From assembly GCA_051294375.1 (NCBI GenBank), contig CM119265.1:6395489-6459488 (forward strand): a stretch of DNA of 64,000 nt, read 5' to 3'. The stretch is from Paraspadella gotoi (Eukaryota; Animalia; Chaetognatha). The notes beneath the pieces were generated by a model, which saw nothing but the letters and a program-made list of their open reading frames with translations, made no database searches and was not told the DNA's origin. Made by a program: the position numbers and the translations under genes. Positions 23,001-59,700 of the stretch are shown one piece after another. Within the stretch, counting starts at the first letter, position 1; every line of letters starts with the position of its first letter.

Positions 23001-26000
23001 GACGTTTCCTTGCGCAGTCTGAGAGGGAAACCAGTTAGGAATCAACAAAAGCTCAACCAGGATTCATTCGACAACCGACTTACCTCTCCTCGACGTCGGC
23101 GATGATTGCTTCATGCTTGACTTTTAGTTTGCCAAGCTGCTTGGCTTTATCTTCTTCCTCAGCGAGAGAAGCTTGCAGCTCCTGAGACTTTTCTTCCAGT
23201 TGCTTTTTCTCTTTAGCAAGCTGCCAAATAAAGCCGAGTTAAAACCACTGGATCCGGTATTCACTGACAAATTGTCAAATTGCTCCATCTACCTTCTGAC
23301 CACCGTCGGTCGTGTTCTGCAATTCTTCCTCGAGCTTCTTCAGTTTGGCGTCGGTAGAGACTTTTTCGAGCTGCAACTTTTGCCGGGCTTGCTCTTCCTC
23401 CTCCAACTGCTCTGTCAAGTCCCCAATGGTTTGCACCATCTTTTTCTTTTCGGAGACCATGGTTTGGGCGCGCTCTTCCTCTTCCTCTAGACGAGCCTGT
23501 GAAAAGTCATAAAGTAAGCATATACTGGGTTTACCGGGCTTGCCAAAACCGCCTTTTGAATACCGACCTCCATGTCTTGAAGGTGCTCCTCCAGTTCTTG
23601 TTTCCGTTGAGCGAGACGCACGCGCATCTCTTCAGCTTCCGCACACATTTCCGTCTCGGCCTGCAGTTGTTCTGCCAGGATATTCTTTTCTTCGTGCAGC
23701 TGAAGGGCCTTGCGTTCAAAGTCTTTAATCAACTGGTCAGCCTGTTTCTGCTTCTCGGCGAGAGTTCTAATGAATACAGAAAATAATCGTTAAATTGGAT
23801 TTAACAGATTAACAATGAACAAAGAAATAAAAATGAAACTCACTTGATTTCTTCCTCCTTGATAATGAGCTCTTCGTCAGTTCGAGTAACCTGATGGAAA
23901 GCAAAAAAAAAAACAAATACAAATGAGTTGTCAGAATTTGCAATTTTCATCAGTTTCCGCGAGTCTCACCTGCAACAGAGGCTTGACTTTGGTGAAGAGG
24001 CGCCACCAGTGCCAGTTCCTCAGCTTGAGGTAAGAGGCGGCGTTCCTCTGAATGATGCGAATGGCGTTGATCTGCTCTTGACGCCGCTTGAAGGCGCGTC
24101 GAGAAAGGTTCCCTCGACAGTAGGCTTGAAAGTTGACAATCAAATCTAGGGAATTGGGAGAGAAGACGGGAAAAGCGCGTTGAGAAAACTCACGATTCAT
24201 ATTTCTAATTCATATCATAATTTCTAACCAGTCAGCTTGAGATCGCGCTCCTCTTCCAAATGAGCAAGGACCCCGGCGCGGAAGAAAATCTTGGATTGTC
24301 CGATGCGGTACAGATTCTTGTCCAGTTCAAGAATCTCGATCATTTTCTCACAGGCCTTTTTGCCATCCATGAAGCCCTTGGGAATCACGCCGGGGGTTAA
24401 GATTTCGTACCTAGATTTAAAAAAAAAAAGTCGAGCATAAAAATCCCCAAATACATACGTAGTAAACAAAACAGAGTTGACAAGATTTTACTTTCTCTTT
24501 ACCTCTGACGGAATTCCTGAAACGGAATGCGATTGGGAAAACCTTGACGGCAAATTCGAATGCCCTCCAATACGCCATTGCACCTGCATAAACGCAAAAG
24601 TTGATTAAATTGGAAACGCTCAAACAGTTCAATTTCCCGATATAACAAGACAAACCTTAGCTGGTCCAGCACAAGGGTTGACGATATTTTTCCGGCGCGC
24701 TTCTCGTGGTTCGGAATGATGCATCGCACAAAGTTAGGGTTTGTGTTTCGGAGCGTATTCATGAGGCGAGAGAGCTGCTCTTTGTAGAGTTGACCCACCG
24801 TTCGGAACATACCCTTCCTCGTGCGAGCACCGAATTGACCCTCGTTTAACGCGCGAGCGCCCATGCCTACGCGTAATGGTGAAGAGAGCATTGAAAAAAT
24901 TGCTTCAGATACATAATTTCAAAATATTAAACAGAGTTTTCAGGGATGGGTTTCTGGTGGTAATTCTCATGGTGTGAAATAAAATCGATTTAAAATAAGA
25001 TATCTTTAGATAAAACTTTTATCATTTAACTTCAAAGACAAATGGGGGCATGACATATGAACTGTTATTGCGGGAAAACTGAAATGAATTTATTTTTACA
25101 AGACAGAAAGACGAATTACTGTCGGGTTGTCAAGAAGGAATAATCAAACGACAGTAACATTTCAATCGTTCTAACAAACACTTCAGCAAAATGGTTGAGG
25201 AGAAGATTACTCGCAGAAAAGAATTTTGTATTTCTAATGAATAAAAACTTCCTTTCTGCGAAAAGGATCCATGTGAATGAAACGCCAGATTTTCCAACTT
25301 ACATAGCAACTGAAGATCGCTTTCGGTTATTTTATTCCCTGAATAATTTAAAATGACGAAAGTGTGGAAACAAAGGAATTTTTACAGCGAACTTAAACTT
25401 AACGTGTTATACTAAAATTCTACAATCAAGCTGTCTCAATTCTCGTTAATTACTTTCAAGAAAAGCAAAAAAATAGGGCTCGTCTTCCGTGATTTTTTTT
25501 ATGAAATAAAATATCGAGAAAGTCAAAATAAAACTTAAAATTTTTCAAATAACTAAAAAAATTTCGGGATGTTAAACGATAGTTGCCAAGAAGAATTTCT
25601 GAAAAATTCGCGGTTAACACAATCATGCGAAATGACATATTTTTTTAAATACGAATTTTGAATTAAATAATAAACACGAAAGCCGAATTTATTAAAGAGG
25701 GCCATAGATTTATTTAGGCACTAATTTTGAAAGGGGAAAAATAAATAAATAAAAATTATTAAACAATTTTTAAAAATATCCAGATTACTTGCCTACAATC
25801 TCGGCGTCTTTCCAGATGAGGTTGACGAACGAATCGGTTGAATTTTGAAGAAGTGCAACAACGTTCTCGTTGAGAGGATCCATGTTCTTCATCAACCATT
25901 GGTCGGACGAGTAATCGACGCGACCCGCGTAGTGGATCAGGGCGAAGTCCGAATTGGAACGGAACTCAGGCTTCATAAATTTGGGGTGCTGGAGGGAAGG

Positions 26001-29000
26001 GGACGGAAATGTAAAAAGATCGAATTCACAAACACAATAGAAAAAAACCGAGTCCTCCATATTGAAAAACTACCTGCGAGTGAGACTTCGTGATTTTGTC
26101 TACGAAGGAGCTATCGGTGGCTTTGGGAAACCAGCACTCCTCGTCCAGCAAAGCAAGGATCCCCATGGGTTTTTCGAGCAAGTCGATGGTGGGTTGCAAA
26201 TCCAAACCGAAATCGATGAACTTCCATTCAATTCCTTCGCGCTTGTACTCCTGCAAACGAATATAGACGAGATGAATTATGCTGATGACCTTCATATGCA
26301 ATTTTTCAATGCGTCACCTCTTGTTCAAGGATGAACATGGTGTGGTTGAAGAGCTGCTGGAGCTTTTCGTTTGTGTAGTTGATGCACAGTTGCTCGAAGG
26401 AGTTGATGTCGAAAATTTCGAAACCGGCAATGTCGAGAATGCCGATGAAGGAAGACACGGACACCCGTTTCGTCCTGAAAAATATTGCCGGTTCGATTAT
26501 AAGGCTAAAATAAAAGGTGTCACGCAAGTCCAAATTTACCTGTCTAAAGATCGATTTATGCGTTGAACTATCCATTTGAACATTCGTTCGTAAATGGCTT
26601 TCGAGAGAGCTTCGCTAGCAAATTCAACCTAAAGAGCGATTCATAAATTCTTTAAAAGCGCAAATAAAATTATGTAGTATAAATGGTTATAAGAATATTC
26701 GGTCACTACTCACTTGGTCTTTCGTTTGCGATTTCGTCACATAATCGCGACCAACTTTGATGCGGGGTTTCAAGAGGGCGCGCGTAAAATCGGTAACGTT
26801 AATGCCTAAGAATAGTCACACAGATATTACGGTAAAATCCATGCTAATCGTATAAACAAAAAATAGGATGGACGACTGACCCATCAAATGGCAGATTTTC
26901 TGGGCGACCGTGTTCTCGGGCAAAACTGCCTGATCCGAGTTGCGTTCCTGGCGGAAGGAGAGGTTGCCGAACTGCAAGACGGCCGAGCAGACGCGGACGA
27001 TCTGATGCGTCTCCTCTTGAGTCATCCCCATTATCTTCATAGCCTTGAGCGTCTCTTGCCACTCGGTGGCCGAATCTGAGTGAGCCAGCTGAAGGGAATT
27101 CAAAACAGTTATTTCTCTAAGTTTTACCCTGTCGAGACCTTGTCCTCGATTTTTACCTCAATATCTCCCTGAGTCAAGAATCTGTACGTCTTGAAATCCT
27201 CGAGAATGAACTCTTGTTTCTCCTGCGCAGAGCAACCCTTGAGCATCTGGTAGAAAATGTGGAATGAGCGCTCGTCCTTCGCCTGGCGGATGGCGCGTTG
27301 CTTCTCCAGAAGGTAAGTTTCGATGTTGGCACCTGAGTAGGTTATAAGGAAAAGGTTCGATGTTTAATATTGTTTATGTTTTGAACGAGAGGCATTGAAA
27401 TGGCGACAAAATGAAAAAATACATTTCCATATATCTACTACAAACATTAAAAACATTTAGTTCTACGTTACCAGCGATATATCCGGACATGTCAAAATTG
27501 ATTCGGATGAATTTGCCGAATCTCGAAGAATTGTCGTTCTTGACTGTTTTCGCGTTACCAAACGCCTCCATGATCGGATTGGCCTGCAACAACTGGGCCT
27601 CGAGTTCGCCCTTTTAGGAAAAAGGGTGTGTGGGCAGAAGGATGGAATGGGATTCAGAAACGTTAGAATCAGTAACCGCAAAAGTGAAAGAGAAACAGAA
27701 AGGGAAAGTGATTTTTTTTTTAATTAAATCAAAACCAAAATAGAAAAACATAGGTTTTTATCATAAATCATAGAACTTTCGTTCACATGCTGACAAAATT
27801 TTAAGAATCCTGATCCACCAAGAAGTCCTCATCCAAACCCTAACATTTTTAAAAGAATTGATTGAAAAAGGAAAGTAGTTTCCTGCCGCATTCAACTTTC
27901 ACATAAAAATTATCCTTCTCCACCAATCGGCAAAACGAAATTTAACCTGTTGGAACGCGTTCCTTTCTTCTGACTAGAGTTTCAAAATCGAGTTAGTTTT
28001 AAAATTCCTCAAACTAACAAAGTTCTGAAATTCATGTTTTAATAAACTCGCCTGATTGTGAATACGCGTGATGCCTCCTGGAGTGGTTTTGCTCGAAGAG
28101 GCGACATGGGCGAGGTATTGGATCACCTAAACGCGACAAAGTTTGTATCAATGACCAATTGAATGAACATTATTATAAAAGTATATTAAAAAAAAGATTT
28201 TTACTTTTTTAGTGTTTTCCGTTTTTCCAGCTCCGGACTCCCCGGTGCACAAGATGGACTGATCCTCTCTGTCTTGCAACATGGACCGATAGGCGGTGTC
28301 TAAATAAAATTGTTTAAAAAGAATCGGACAAAATCGACCATGAAACTAAAAAACTACCATAATACGAATCTTACCGGTAATGGCGAATACGTGAGGCGGT
28401 ACTTCGTGGCGTTTCTTCCCTTTGTACAATTCGATGACTTTTTCCGTGTAAATCGGCAAATTTCTGTATGGGTTGACGACGACGCAGAACAGACCGGAAT
28501 ACGTGTAGATCAAACCTGAAAAATATCTGCGAAAAAAAGGAATCCCACGCTTTATTTGATATTAAGCCCCAATTACCCTGCGCCGTCCGATGAAAAAAAA
28601 CTACCTGTCTTTGAGATTGTGCAAGACGGACGCTTCGTTGAGGCATGTGAGCTCGGCCATGTCCTCCACTTTATCAAACTTTGGAGGATTCATCTTCTGC
28701 ACGTCGTCTTTCGGGACATTCTGCTCTTTTCCGGAATCAAGCTTGACCTGAAATTTAATGATGAAGTTACTCTTTTCAAAACGTCGCTAGATAATTATTT
28801 CCTCCGCAGAACTTACTTTGAAATAGTCTCCATGGTCGGACTGCACCGAGCCCCTCACGAATCCCTCCTGCTCGTCTGGCACCCATACCAGCTTCTTCGC
28901 AGTCCAATCGGCCTGGATATAAGGACGAATGCGATTGAAAAAATAATAAGCTTCCCGCACGTCCCATTCTCCCCCATTCTATGCCCGATCAGAAACCTGG

Positions 29001-29128
29001 GTGGCGGGATCGTTGACTAGCCCCTTTTGATTGGCGACGAGATACTGCATGGCCGCGGGATCGAGCCCGTTTCTGTTGGAGTCCTCTCCGTCCTGTCCGC
29101 TGACGCTGGTTTTCTTGGAGGCCACCAT
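17010..29128 (-). CDS. zip: Non-muscle myosin II heavy chain (zipper / MYH9-10-like), multi-exon
   Basis: ATG at 29128. P-loop [13 protein letters not shown], switch [21 protein letters not shown], switch [62 protein letters not shown], then a long coiled-coil rod and an acidic tailpiece ending at 17010. Confidence 0.97.
25303..25338 (-). other. Candidate 36-nt cassette exon in myosin loop 2
   Basis: ttattcag|GGAATAAAATAACCGAAAGCGATCTTCAGTTGCTAT|gtaagt. Phase 1-1, no stop. Confidence 0.55.
27947..27973 (-). other. Candidate 27-nt micro-exon in myosin loop 1 (SEERNAFQQ)
   Basis: ctaac...ctctag|TCAGAAGAAAGGAACGCGTTCCAACAG|gttaaa. Phase 0-0, no stop. Confidence 0.5.
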
Positions 29129-29916
29129 CTTTATATTAACCCCTCTTCCACGCGAGGTGGATTTTAATTAAAAAAAATAGTCTAAATGTTTGTCTTCAGT
29201 ATTTGAGTTCGGACTTCGCGGCTTCTCGCAGGCGAAAAGAAAACCAAAGGGAAATATATATGACTCGAAAACGAGTTTTCTTTTCAAGTTTTTCTTTGTG
29301 AATTAATGAATTATAAAAGCATTACATTTGCTATCGGCTTGGCGTTTCGGTTTTGATAACAATTGATAAACAAAAAAGTGGGAGACGGCGTCGAAATCCG
29401 CTTTCTTTTTAACTTTCATTTAAAGCTTATCGTTTTGAGTTTAAAGGCCGAAGCGGATAGGAGAAGGAGAGAGAGAAAGAAACTGTGAGAATACTTCGAA
29501 CATCGGACGGTGGGTCGGAGAGTCACTGTTCGAAGTCGACGTGGGCGATCGAAGCGTCTTTGTTTAAAAATTATAAAACGGTAAAAGAGAGACTGCTTAA
29601 AATTCGTTTCATATATCTGGAAAGAAAAAAATCTCGAGAAGATAAAAAGAAAAAAATATTTTAAAAGCGAGAGGGAACAAATAAAACAGGCAATGACAGC
29701 TACGTAAATCTTGTCACAAATAAATTGGAGGGGGGAGGAGAAAAAAAAAAAGAAAAAAAAAAAGAGTAGAACTCTTCGAATACAAGAAAAATATTCGGCG
29801 GAATGGAAGTGAAAATCTCATTAGCGATCCCTCAGCCGACGACGAGAGGAGCGATCTTGCGAGATATCGGGGAAAAGGGGGGGGGAACGGGGCGAAGGGG
29901 CGGGGGGGAATCGTTT

Positions 29917-54256
<24,340 letters not shown>

Positions 54257-54677
54257 TTTTTTTCACCCGGATCTTTTTTCAATTTCATGTAAGTTTCTCG
54301 ATCGCTCGTCGCACCGATCTTTTTTTTTTTTTAACTTTTTTCGTTACAATCTCATCGTCGATATCTTTCTCCTCTTTCTTGGGCCAGATTCATCCCTTTC
54401 TTCTTTTTTCTTATTTAATAAGTCGCTGTTTACATTTTAAATCGAGGGAGAGAATCTTTTATTTCGCTTGGGGCAGTCATTATTTCTTTTCTTTTCCCCA
54501 ACTTTGAGGGATCAGAGATTGTTTTTACTAGAGCTATAAGTGAAACAGTTGTAGTAGTAAGGAGTATCGCATTACGTCGAATACTACCTAAACAAAAAAA
54601 GACTCCAAAAACATTAAAGGAAGGACTCGAGAGGGTTAAAAATCAACGACTAAAAAGTCTGCTAAAAACTAATTCGG

Positions 54678-56222
54678 CTATGAGCTTGACCCTCGTTTCC
54701 TTTCCAGCTCGTAATCATCCTGGTGATATAAATCCATCAAAAGTCTATAAACATAGGACGGGGCGTGACCGCCGATGTTAGAGATGAAAAGCGTCACCAA
54801 ATCCGGTGGTACGTAATCGAACAGTGGGCAGGGGATTTGGAGCGAGGGAGAAATCAGGCATCCGGCTTTTAAGGGGAAGGGAAAAAAAAATGTTTTAATT
54901 GTATTTTTTCCTACAAATTTTTCAAAAGTCACCTTTAGCGAGAGGAAAAATTTTTTCGGGCGAAAGAAACTGATTGAAAGAATCGTGGTCGGACGATCGA
55001 AAAAATTGCGGGGAAAGTTTGTACATGGCCGAAACGACGACGAGAGGAACTACGAGAAGCAACGTCGCGGTAAATTTGGGTATTTAACAGTTAACACGAA
55101 CATTCCCCCTACTCCATCTCTTCTCACCGGAATGATGCTTGGCCGCCATGGCGATCATTCGGGCGCCAGCTACGCTCTGCAGGCCTCCGTCCGCCAAAAT
55201 GGAATGCGTACCCAATATTACTTTGTTGACGCGCGACATGATTGCAAAGACGGCGGAATCTGTAATGAGCGTCACGTCGATACCCGCGTCGCTTAAGGCC
55301 GCCGCCATCTGGTGGCCCTTGAAATGCGGGGCCGTCTCAGCGACTATGACCTTACCCAAAAGAAAGAAAAAGTGCATCAGTACCGGACGGGAACTTCGAA
55401 GAACACGAAACCAACCTTGATCGTTCTTGATCGTCCCGGTTTTCGAAGGAATTGTTCTACAGTTCTGCTATGCCCAGCGGTGAGTATAACTTCGTCGGTA
55501 TGAATGTGCTCTAACGCCTGCGCCGTGATGTTTTCTGTTCATAACGACTAGACGCTTCATCCGATAAAGCCAATCGATCCATCATGTAATTCGTTTTTTT
55601 TCCTTACCGATAGAAGTTTCGAGCTCGGAGTCTAGTTCCTCCAGCGCCTCGAGGATATTGGCCCGAAGATCGTTCTTGCCAGCTGACGGATTCTTTGTAG
55701 GTCGCGGATGCAAGACCATTCCTTCACGAGCCAAACGACCAACTCCTATATTCAGAACAGGACTCATTAAATGGCGACGGGTTCACCTTCCTGATCTCTC
55801 GGTCTTACCCGCATCCCCTATATTTCCCCCGAGGAAGGCTCCAGATATTCCGTCTTCTTCTTCTCTCACGACCTTCAGGACTCGCCTCACCATGTTCCCC
55901 ACGACGACCTCGGATGGCCGGACCGCCATCAAGCGGAAACCGTAGTCGTGAATCAAATCCAACAACTCCGCCGACGTCGACCATCTGAGACCACCAAAAA
56001 TATCTTTTGAAATTTAAGTTTCTTTTACATACATTTTCCCCATTTTTATTTGTCTTACTCTGCCTGGGCAACGACTTCTTTCAACAAGGCTAAAGTCTCG
56101 AGAGCGATTTGGTAGGAACTCAGCGAGTTTTTGTCGCCAGAATAATCGGCCGAGTCAAGGCGGAGTCTATTGGAGAAGTCGTCAATCTTTGCCGCTAAAT
56201 GCGACAGGGCTTCCGATACCAT
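54678..56222 (-). CDS. EIF2B2: Translation initiation factor eIF2B subunit beta
   Basis: [21 protein letters not shown]; [16 protein letters not shown]; [27 protein letters not shown]; [32 protein letters not shown] at 56222. Confidence 0.96.
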
Positions 56223-56749
56223 GACGACTGACGAAGTAGGATCAATTTTCTTTCGCTAAAATTTTCTCCTTTTTTTCCAAGAGGGATTATCATCATGATC
56301 GGTGGTTTTGGGGCAAAATTATGGGTAAATTACATAAGATCCATCAAATGAGTAGAATATAAATACAAACAAAAGACAAAATCAATAATAAAACACCCAA
56401 ATCGGCAACAATGTAGACTAGCTACAGCAAATATTTTTAAATAAAAAAAGTCTTACTTAAATTTCCAAGATGATTTGTAATTTAATAAGCATTTGCAAAA
56501 TGATTTAAAAAACTAAATTCGTGGTCAACGACTAATTCAATGCAGACTACCTAGATTCTCGAAATTGGATGGATCGCACATAAATTACCGTCGTGATTAT
56601 GACAACAACAAAAATCAAGTCAAGTGCACACGGGTTGAATTCCCCCCTTCCCCCGGAAAACAACTATGTAGGCCAATTAATCTGCTTCCCCCCCCAATGT
56701 GAAATATATTTTGGTCCATGAGTATGCTATATATTTTAACCGAATGGAG

Positions 56750-59700
56750 CTAAACGTAAGCGTTAGAGTCGTTAGTGTCGTTAACGGACACAGAAGGAGG
56801 CGGGGCCGATGGCGGCGGTTGCGAGGGCAGCGGGGGCGGAAGCGCCGGCGACGGAGGAGCGACGACGCTTGCGGTCAAGGAGGCGTTGGTCGTAGAGTCT
56901 TGACCGTTCTTCAAAGTTTTTCTAATCGTCATTTCCATTCGCTTTCGCGCTTTGCGTTCATAGTCCAAGGTCGTTCGTAAAGTCTGCGGATGATTAAAGG
57001 ATCGTATAAGGAATGCTGTTCGAGCCTTTTAATCATAATAGCATACTCGCCTTCATTTGTTCCATTATATCGGAAACCTGGTCCTTCAAGGCGTAAACCG
57101 TATCGACGAGAGTTTTTTCTTCTACCACCAACTGATTTCCTTTTCTCTCTTCCACGATAATCTTTTCCTCCTCGGCGATTAAAACCTTAAAATGTTTAGA
57201 TTCGTTTCACAGCAAATGAACAAAAAATGACCTACCAGGGAAAGACTGACCTGAGGAGAATCAAGCAGCGTAGAATTGACTGTATTTCTGGCTTTTACCG
57301 TCGTGCAATAAGCTTCGATCACGCGAAGAATTTCCGCCTCGTCCAAAATCCCATCCTCGGAGGATTTCTTCAAATTGCCTGAAAATTTGTCACAATAATC
57401 TTTACTTTGTAGTGGGATATGGCTGTTCCGTCCATTAGCACCGTTCTAGCTCTGGTCCGATTGATCCTTACGAAATTGTGACGGGCCGTTTTAAACACTG
57501 GTACAAAGTCTATCTCCAAATCCCAAGTTCTAGAAAGCAAAAATCTCCCGGACATTAGGGGCTAAACCCTCATCTTAACTCTCCACTTCCTACGTCCAAC
57601 CTCGAAGCAAGAGTGTTTACCTTTGGTAGTCGCAAGCAGTTTGTTGGAGCCATCCCCATTTCTCAACGAAACGAAGGGGAGGCCGGTTTGAGCCGACGGA
57701 CCCCCGAGGTTGGGTCGAACGGGTGGGTTGGGTCGCAAGCAGCTGTCAACGAAAAAGAAAACTGTCATCTCACGGGAATTCGCCTCAACCTAACTACCCT
57801 CTTTTTCTACCTTAGCGTCCATTGAGGATGATGAATGGGAATGACCGGCGGCCGCGACAAATGTTGATTCTGTTTCGAGCTTTGAGCGCGATTCAACCGA
57901 GCAGGAAGAGTCGCCGCCTTGTGAACGAACGACGGGGCAGGGTCTGAAAAGTTTATAAATCCGAACATGACCAACGATAAATGAAAAGGTTTTTAATATG
58001 TGTAACTCATTGCTTGTACCAATTTCACAAACAAACCTGCCGGTAACGTGGCGGACTTCGGTAAGTTCGGAGAGAGTGGAGCGACGGGAAGGGGTGAATG
58101 CGGTTGTGATTGTGACGATGTCGGGATAGGAGATTGTTGAGAATCGGAATGTAAATTAGTCTGCGTCGTTAAACCTAATTCAGAAAATTCAAATTAACTA
58201 GTAAGCAATATGCTATTATGCAAGTAATTCTATATTGAGAATACCAAATTACCAGATCTTATAATTTCTTGATTATTGGCCGCTGCGGCTGCTGACAACA
58301 TAATTGAGTACGACGACGGTGGAGGGGGTAGAGGGGGCGGGTGAGGGGATATAGCAGGTGGTGGTGGCGCTGGTGGTTTTCCAGAAAATTCCTGAGAATA
58401 TCATTTCTATCGATTAACTATGTAAATATAAATATAAAGACGCCGGTTCTGCGCAAATAAACTATTTTTTCCCAGCACCTGAGGCCTGAAAGTATGATTG
58501 TAAGGATGAGGAGGAGGGATGTTCGTGATGGGGACTAAAGTGGGTGGAGGCGAGGAATTATGATTCGCCCCGGCGGGAGAAGGTTGGGTCGCACAAAGAC
58601 TATCCAGTTCCGAAAACGAAGCTATCGGTGGCGCCACTACCGCTCCTTGCGTCAATGGCGCCGTCGAATCCGATTCCCCGTAAGAAGTCAAGGAGGTGGA
58701 CATTGAAGACGCGGTTCCCAAAGCCGAGGGGGAAGATGCCGGAGGAGGCGGTATCGGGGAAGACGAGGGCGTAACCCCGGACGAGGGCGAGCTGATTGAT
58801 GTTCCTTGAGAAAGCGCCGACAATCCTAAATTTCGCCAAGATAAAAATCGTGTTATAGTCTAATTTGGTATGGCAACCTGTGAAATTTCTTAAAATAATT
58901 TGAGGTTTGGGCTCGCTCTCACCGGAATCTTGCATGGGCAACGGGGGAGGCGTGTGTTGCTCGAGCCAAACGTCCCGATCGATCTTGCTAGTAAAGATGG
59001 CGTTTAATTTAGTTTCCCACTCGGCGTTCATTCCTAAGAGAAAAAATGATCTGACATTAGTAGCCAAATTCCAGTAACTGCTTCCTCGTCTTTTCATATG
59101 TTCTTGGCATTAGTTTTTTTTTCTTTTGTTTTGTATTCTTTCAATATAAAAGTATCTAATAATCTGTCCAGGCTCCCACCTGGCAAATTGCTCAATTCCA
59201 GAGCATTTTGAGGCGGAAAAGAGGAGACGGTTGACGAATCCATGCTGTCGTACATAGCTCCCTCTAAAAAAAAGATTTCGTAGAGAGTGAAGCAGAGTAA
59301 ACTAGATTACATACAATTTCTTTAGAGCAAAAAACTAAATATGTTTTTACATTTAGTTATTATTATTAATATTTTGCTACAGTTGTACTAAATAAAAGTA
59401 TGCAACTTAGATGTAACTATTGTACCTGCGTCAAGAAGCATGGAAGAGGCCGCTGAGGCGGGGATGATCTTGGCGACAATCCCACTGGCGTCTCCGTCGA
59501 ACCGACAATCGAGGACGAACTGCTTCATGCAGGGAGAAACCGAAAGAACGAGCAACGCTGACGGATAGAGCAAAAGAAATTGCTTCTTCGCTACCAAAGT
59601 CGACGCAGTGGACTAGGGGGAGGAAGAAAACTCGGATATGACGACCGATCATTTATCAATGGAGTATCAATTGGTTACCGAAGATTGATCGGTTCCCGTT

